Shown in pieces: positions 59,142-64,000 of a stretch of 64,000 nucleotides of DNA (within the stretch, counting starts at the first letter, position 1; each line of letters begins with the position of its first letter). The stretch covers positions 1,920,001-1,984,000 of the forward strand of contig CP147778.1 of assembly GCA_037305845.1 (NCBI GenBank), in the 5' to 3' direction. The DNA is from Candidatus Freyarchaeum deiterrae (GTDB taxonomy: Archaea; Asgardarchaeota; Jordiarchaeia; Jordiarchaeales; Jordiarchaeaceae). Below the pieces are notes generated by a model, which was not told the origin of the DNA, searched no databases, and saw only the letters and a list, made by a program, of their open reading frames with translations. Position numbers and translations under genes: made by a program.

Positions 59142-59900
59142 TCAAATTAGTCCTTCTCTGTCAGTAAAAATTCTTTCCAATACGGCGTATAGGTTGTCCA
59201 TTCCATCAAAAGTTAGTGAAGAAACTGGTAATATTTCATTGAATAAACCCATACTGGTTAAAACTTCTCCTAGGTTTATGCTTATCTCTCTGCGAAGACC
59301 AGCCTCCTCTTGATTTATAGCGTTTATCAACTTTTGTGGGTCGCTTATCCATTCTGTGATTTTGTCTATTTCTTCTTCATTAAGAGTGTCTGCTTTGGAT
59401 AGAACATTGATTTGAGGTAAATTAAAGCGGTACTGTACTGAGGCGCTTAGAAGTAAAACACTCACAAAACTGGATGGAGTGCGGCTTAGTAAGGGATCCA
59501 TGAGGTAAACTAAACAACTTTCTTCGCTACCTATCGCTGTTGTAACCAGAGGGCCAGTGCTTCGGAAAGCAAAAAGTTCTAGTTGGCCGGGGGTATCCAC
59601 CAATACATATGTGGGTTTCAATTCCTCGATTTCCTCTTTGAAATCATCGATAAAATTAGCCATCATATCGATACTGGCGATTAGTCCACCGTTGGGTCCT
59701 AGATCATATTTGTCCATAACCTCCTCTAAGTTTACGTAATCTCTAATATCTACGTCAGGTGTGTACGGTAAACGGCGAACACCAGGATCTAGGTTAACGA
59801 GAACTGCGTTAAACTCATTACGAACAAGCCACTCGGAGTAAGCTTTTGTAAGAGTGGACTTTCCGCTTCCCGCTGTTCCAATAAAGAAACTTGTGAACAC
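59142..59900 (-). CDS. GPN-loop GTPase
   Basis: GTAGSGKST, NLDP, LGPNG, DTPGQ.E.F, SKAD. Confidence 0.95.
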   Translation of the reverse strand: MFTSFFIGTAGSGKSTLTKAYSEWLVRNEFNAVLVNLDPGVRRLPYTPDVDIRDYVNLEEVMDKYDLGPNGGLIASIDMMANFIDDFKEEIEELKPTYVLVDTPGQLELFAFRSTGPLVTTAIGSEESCLVYLMDPLLSRTPSSFVSVLLLSASVQYRFNLPQINVLSKADTLNEEEIDKITEWISDPQKLINAINQEEAGLRREISINLGEVLTSMGLFNEILPVSSLTFDGMDNLYAVLERIFTDREGLI

Positions 59901-60279
59901 CTTTTAAACCTCCAAAATTCACAGATAAAACATAATGCTGTTTGAAGAAATTAGAATATTCATTACGCCTTTTTTTAGACTTTTTTTATTATATACACTT
60001 ATTTTTAAAACAATTTATTACTCATTAATTTTTTCGAAGCCTGATTAGACTTGAACTAATTACTTTTAAAATATTTCCAAATCACACTTGGGAACATGCT
60101 TGTAAAACGATAAAAAATTTTAAAATAAAAACAAAAATCTTGGGATGGTTAATTAGAGGCTAAATATAAAAGAGAAATCGTCTAATCTTTCTCCATCAAC
60201 TAAGGAGCATTATAATAAATCTGGATGATTATCGTGTAGGAGAATTAACTTTCTAAATCATAAAGAGGAGGCCTTTTTT

Positions 60280-61608
60280 TTGAATCCCGAAGAATCTTTT
60301 AAAGCAGTAAGAAAGGCTATGAAGGCTCATCATGAATTGTTCAAAAGAAGTTTACCCCTAATTGCGAGTGAGAATGTGGTTAGCCCCGCTGTTAGAGAGG
60401 CAATAATTAGTGATTTCGGCCATCGATATGCAGAAGGATGGCCAGGTGAACGGGTATATGCAGGTTGCAAGTATATAGACGAAGTCGAATTAATATGCAT
60501 AGACTTGGCAAAAGATCTTTTTAAAGCGGATTTCGCAGACGTAAGGGCAACTTCTGGTGTTGTCGCTAACCTCATAGTTTACACAGCATTAACCCGACCC
60601 GGAGATACCATGATGGCTATGCCCATACCGTCGGGGGGACACATCAGTCATGGTCCACTATGCACAAAATCTGGCAATTTCATAGGCGGCACAGCAGGAG
60701 CAGTTCACGGTTTGAATGTTGAATATTTGGCCTTTGATCGAAAAGAACTAAATCTAGATGTAGATAAGTCAGCTAAGAGAATACGCGAATTAGAACCAAA
60801 ACTTTTACTCTTCGGTGCATCGGTTTTCCTATTTCCCCACCCTGTTAAAGAGCTGAGCGAGGTTGCAAGGGAGGTAGGGGCAAAGGTGGCTTACGATGCA
60901 GCTCACGTTGCAGGATTAATAGCAGCCGGATATTTCCAAGATCCCCTAAGAGAAGGCGCTGATACGATACAGATGAGTACACACAAAACTCTACCAGGTC
61001 CACAACACGGTATGGTTCTAGCTAAAGAAGAGTTAGGCGAATTGATAAAACAAGCAACGTTCCCCGGGTTGACTAGCAACCATCATTTACACAATGTTGC
61101 AGGATTAGCTATAGCCCTAGCGGAATTTAAAAAGTTTGGTAAAGAATACGCTGGACAAATAATCAAAAATTCCAAATCTCTTGGACAAGCTCTGTATGAA
61201 AGCGGATTTAATGTACTTGGCGAACAAAAGGGGTTTACGGAATCTCACACATTACTCGTGGACATTACCAACTTTCAGGACAAAATTGGACTTGGACGCG
61301 ACATAGAGGGAAGACTGGAAAAAGCAGGTATCATACTAAATAGAAACCTATTACCATGGGATGTTAGTGAAGGAAGAAACTACCTTAATCCAGGTGGTAT
61401 TCGTCTAGGCACAAGTGAGCTCACAAGGCTGGGCATGAAAGAAAGTGAAATGCAAGCAGTAGCGGATTATATCAAGCGAGTTATAGTAGATGAAGAGGGT
61501 ACTAAAAAAATCAGCTCCGAAGTCGAGGAGTTTAGAAAAGATTTCCAGAAAGTACACTACTGTTTTGAATCAGAGCTAGGGGCATACGAATACGTAGAAC
61601 TGCACTAA
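60280..61608 (+). CDS. glyA: Serine hydroxymethyltransferase
   Basis: LIASEN, RYAEG, GGHISHG, STHKTL.GP, GIRLG. Confidence 0.96.
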   Translation: MNPEESFKAVRKAMKAHHELFKRSLPLIASENVVSPAVREAIISDFGHRYAEGWPGERVYAGCKYIDEVELICIDLAKDLFKADFADVRATSGVVANLIVYTALTRPGDTMMAMPIPSGGHISHGPLCTKSGNFIGGTAGAVHGLNVEYLAFDRKELNLDVDKSAKRIRELEPKLLLFGASVFLFPHPVKELSEVAREVGAKVAYDAAHVAGLIAAGYFQDPLREGADTIQMSTHKTLPGPQHGMVLAKEELGELIKQATFPGLTSNHHLHNVAGLAIALAEFKKFGKEYAGQIIKNSKSLGQALYESGFNVLGEQKGFTESHTLLVDITNFQDKIGLGRDIEGRLEKAGIILNRNLLPWDVSEGRNYLNPGGIRLGTSELTRLGMKESEMQAVADYIKRVIVDEEGTKKISSEVEEFRKDFQKVHYCFESELGAYEYVELH

Positions 61609-61613
61609 TGTCT

Positions 61614-62780
61614 TCATCTTTCTTTCTCGTACAGGTCTACACATGAGGATTCGTAAAAGGCAGCAGACGCCATTATTAAAGCATTTAGGATGGGAAGGGA
61701 TGACTCGCTAGGCTGATTCCAGCACAAGGGGTCTTCTGATAAAATGTCGCCGGTTAGTCCGTAAGCATCAGCCCGGCACCCTCCTCCGCATATTTTAATG
61801 TAGGGGCAATTGCCGCATTTTCCCGTTATCTTTCTTTCACGAATCATATTACATAACTTTGAATTTTTTATCCTGTCCCATACTTCGTTTACGCTATTTT
61901 CTCGTATGTTTCCCATAACATGGGGTAGACTGGGGCACAGAACAATGTTTCCGTCGGATTCAATGCTCATTCTACTGCCTATGTAACACCATCCGCCCAC
62001 CAGTTCCAAGTAATTTATCATTTCTCTTATCAAATCTTCACCATAGTAGGATCCGATAATTGAGGTGGCAGCTTTCAACTCTTCCGGGAGAGGCATTAGG
62101 TGTATGTTTCTGAGCCCTCTGCCTACCGGATGGAATCTTCTGAAATAAGCTGGAACACAGTTTTTCTCCGCTAGTTGAATAATCTCTCTAATCTCCGAAA
62201 AGTTGTTTTTCATAATTACACTTACAATAATCACCATTAATTCCGTTTCGCGGCAAAGCCTAACTGCATTTACTGCTCTGGAAAATGATCCATCAGCAAC
62301 TCGAATTTTATCATGAGTGTTTGGAACTCCACCATCGATACTAATTCTTACTCCACTTACACTAAACTTGCTTAGTCTCTCTACAAAGCGTCGATCAAGA
62401 AAAGAACCGTTGGTAAACAAGCTTACTTGAATATCTGCGTCATACAAGTGCTGTAAAATGTCCCAGAAGTCCTTTCTAATTGTCGGCTCTCCTCCTGATA
62501 GAGTTACTCTTTTGACGCCGGCTCGCTTCAAGTCGTCGATTAAATTTTGGATTTCTTTTAGGGTCAACTCGTTTCGGAGTGGAAGTCCGGAATCTGAGCT
62601 GCAATGTAAGCATCTAAGATTGCACTCATTGGTAATTTTTAAACTGACGACAGGTGGTGTGTGGTTGTTGCTAGACGACTTAAGTTTGTTTATCTTGTTA
62701 CGGAGCCCCGTAATCAAAATATCTTCTAGTGCTTTATCCACTCCGATCACCAAGTATGCAAACTTTGACAACAACAACAA
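61614..62780 (-). CDS. Radical SAM/SPASM domain protein
   Basis: CNLRCLHC, SGGEP, SIDG, SPASM CxxC-x5-C-x3-C; start uncertain. Confidence 0.9.
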   Translation of the reverse strand: MLLLSKFAYLVIGVDKALEDILITGLRNKINKLKSSSNNHTPPVVSLKITNECNLRCLHCSSDSGLPLRNELTLKEIQNLIDDLKRAGVKRVTLSGGEPTIRKDFWDILQHLYDADIQVSLFTNGSFLDRRFVERLSKFSVSGVRISIDGGVPNTHDKIRVADGSFSRAVNAVRLCRETELMVIIVSVIMKNNFSEIREIIQLAEKNCVPAYFRRFHPVGRGLRNIHLMPLPEELKAATSIIGSYYGEDLIREMINYLELVGGWCYIGSRMSIESDGNIVLCPSLPHVMGNIRENSVNEVWDRIKNSKLCNMIRERKITGKCGNCPYIKICGGGCRADAYGLTGDILSEDPLCWNQPSESSLPILNALIMASAAFYESSCVDLYEKER

Positions 62781-62892
62781 AAAAGGTTTTCTAAAAAGAA
62801 CGAGTAAAAATTATATCTTAATCTCACATATTCTCTACTTTTAAAAGGTTTAATATACAGTTTTGGTAATTAGATTTTGTTTTCAGTCAGCA

Positions 62893-64000
62893 CTATTTTT
62901 TTGATTTTTGATATTTTAATGCCTCTTTTATGAAAGCGAGATACACGGGGCTTGGAAGGTTCGGTCTACTTTTGAATTCGGGGTGGAATTGAACTCCCAC
63001 CATAAAGCTGGTTTTATTTAGCTCAATTGCATTAATTATTTTTCCAGTCTTATCTCTAGCCGATACTTTCAGCCCGGCGTCCTCAGCCATCTCCGCGTAT
63101 TGCGGCATTATATGGTATCGGTGCCTGAATCTTTCAACAATCTCACTCTTGCCATAGGCTTCTTTCAGTATAGTATTCTCCACCAATATGACTTTATGGC
63201 CACCCAATCTCATAGTGCCGCCCTTAGATTTGATTTCTTTTTGTTCCGGGAGTAAATCCACAACTGGGTAAGGCGTGTTCGGATCCATTTCGGTGCTATT
63301 AGCTCCCGTTAGTCCTAACACGCTTCTACAAAAGGCTATGAAAAAGATTTGGCAACCAAAACAAATTCCCAAATATGGTATTCCTTCTTTAATAGCATAT
63401 TCGGCTGTTTGAATCATGCCTTCGGTTCCTCGAGCGCCAAAACCAGGCGTGAGAAGAATTCCATCAAATTTTTTTAGAACCTCGATTGCCTTCGGTTCAT
63501 TTTCCAATGGTTCTGTGTCAATCCATTGGAGTTCTAGTTTAGCTCCACTGCAAGCAGAAGCGTGCCTGAGGGCTTCCTGAATACTGATATAACTGTCAAC
63601 TATCTGGGTGTATTTTCCAGGAACCGCGATATGAACAACTTCTTTGGCGTCTTTGTAAAGGTTTACGATGTTACGCCATTCCTCTAATTTGGGTTCCTTA
63701 ATTGGTAAATTAGAAATCTTACACAGGTAATCGCCAAGCTTTTGTTTTTCAAAAAGCAGTGGTAGTTCGTAAACAACTTCTATGTCTGGATTTGAAATCA
63801 CTGCTTCAGGAGGCAGGTTCGAAAATAAGCTAAGCTTCTGTAAAACGTCCTTTGCGAGCGGTTTTTTCGCTCTTCCGACTACTATATCAGGCTGCAATCC
63901 CATTCCTTGAAGTGCTCTAACACTATGTTGCGAGGGTTTTGATTTTTGTTGCTGAACAGTGTCCAAAAACGGAACATAAGTAACATGAATAAGAATAGTA
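62893..64000 (-). CDS. pyrG: CTP synthase (5' part outside the window)
   Basis: KSKPSQHSV, GKY, PGFG.RG.EG, GICFG.Q, GGTMRLG, RHRY, QFHPE. Confidence 0.96.
   Translation of the reverse strand, partial: TILIHVTYVPFLDTVQQQKSKPSQHSVRALQGMGLQPDIVVGRAKKPLAKDVLQKLSLFSNLPPEAVISNPDIEVVYELPLLFEKQKLGDYLCKISNLPIKEPKLEEWRNIVNLYKDAKEVVHIAVPGKYTQIVDSYISIQEALRHASACSGAKLELQWIDTEPLENEPKAIEVLKKFDGILLTPGFGARGTEGMIQTAEYAIKEGIPYLGICFGCQIFFIAFCRSVLGLTGANSTEMDPNTPYPVVDLLPEQKEIKSKGGTMRLGGHKVILVENTILKEAYGKSEIVERFRHRYHIMPQYAEMAEDAGLKVSARDKTGKIINAIELNKTSFMVGVQFHPEFKSRPNLPSPVYLAFIKEALKYQKSKK

Overview
This is a 64-kb window of an archaeal chromosome, most likely an Asgard archaeon. That placement is inferred from five roadblock/LC7 proteins, a longin-like protein, an MglA-type GTPase, a C4HC3 RING-like protein and a TACK/Asgard-like informational core. 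Most of the window is housekeeping: Nop5-fibrillarin, TFB, Gar1, SRP19, S8e, Trm1, RNase HII, SMC-ScpAB, pyrD/pyrK/pyrG, glyA, cysS, uppS, MAT, IscS/IscU and HypA/HypE. The standout element is missing from the ORF track: a tRNA-His(GUG) gene at 1594-1790 split by FOUR bulge-helix-bulge introns (positions 15/16, 37/38, 53/54, 59/60). It includes a 6-nt exon and two overlapping splice motifs that imply ordered splicing, and it sits directly downstream of the tRNA-splicing endonuclease gene. Other points of interest are a 2861-aa protein of about 75 36-aa HEAT-like repeats with recent DNA-level duplications, an MglA plus four-roadblock cluster beside SMC-ScpAB, a divergent CofE-like/FolP pair suggesting a DHFR/FolC-independent folate route, degenerate Cdc6, thermosome and IscU homologues, a PRC-barrel gene lacking a canonical start codon, and short-range strand-composition flips. 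No CRISPR array, rRNA or transposase was recognised.
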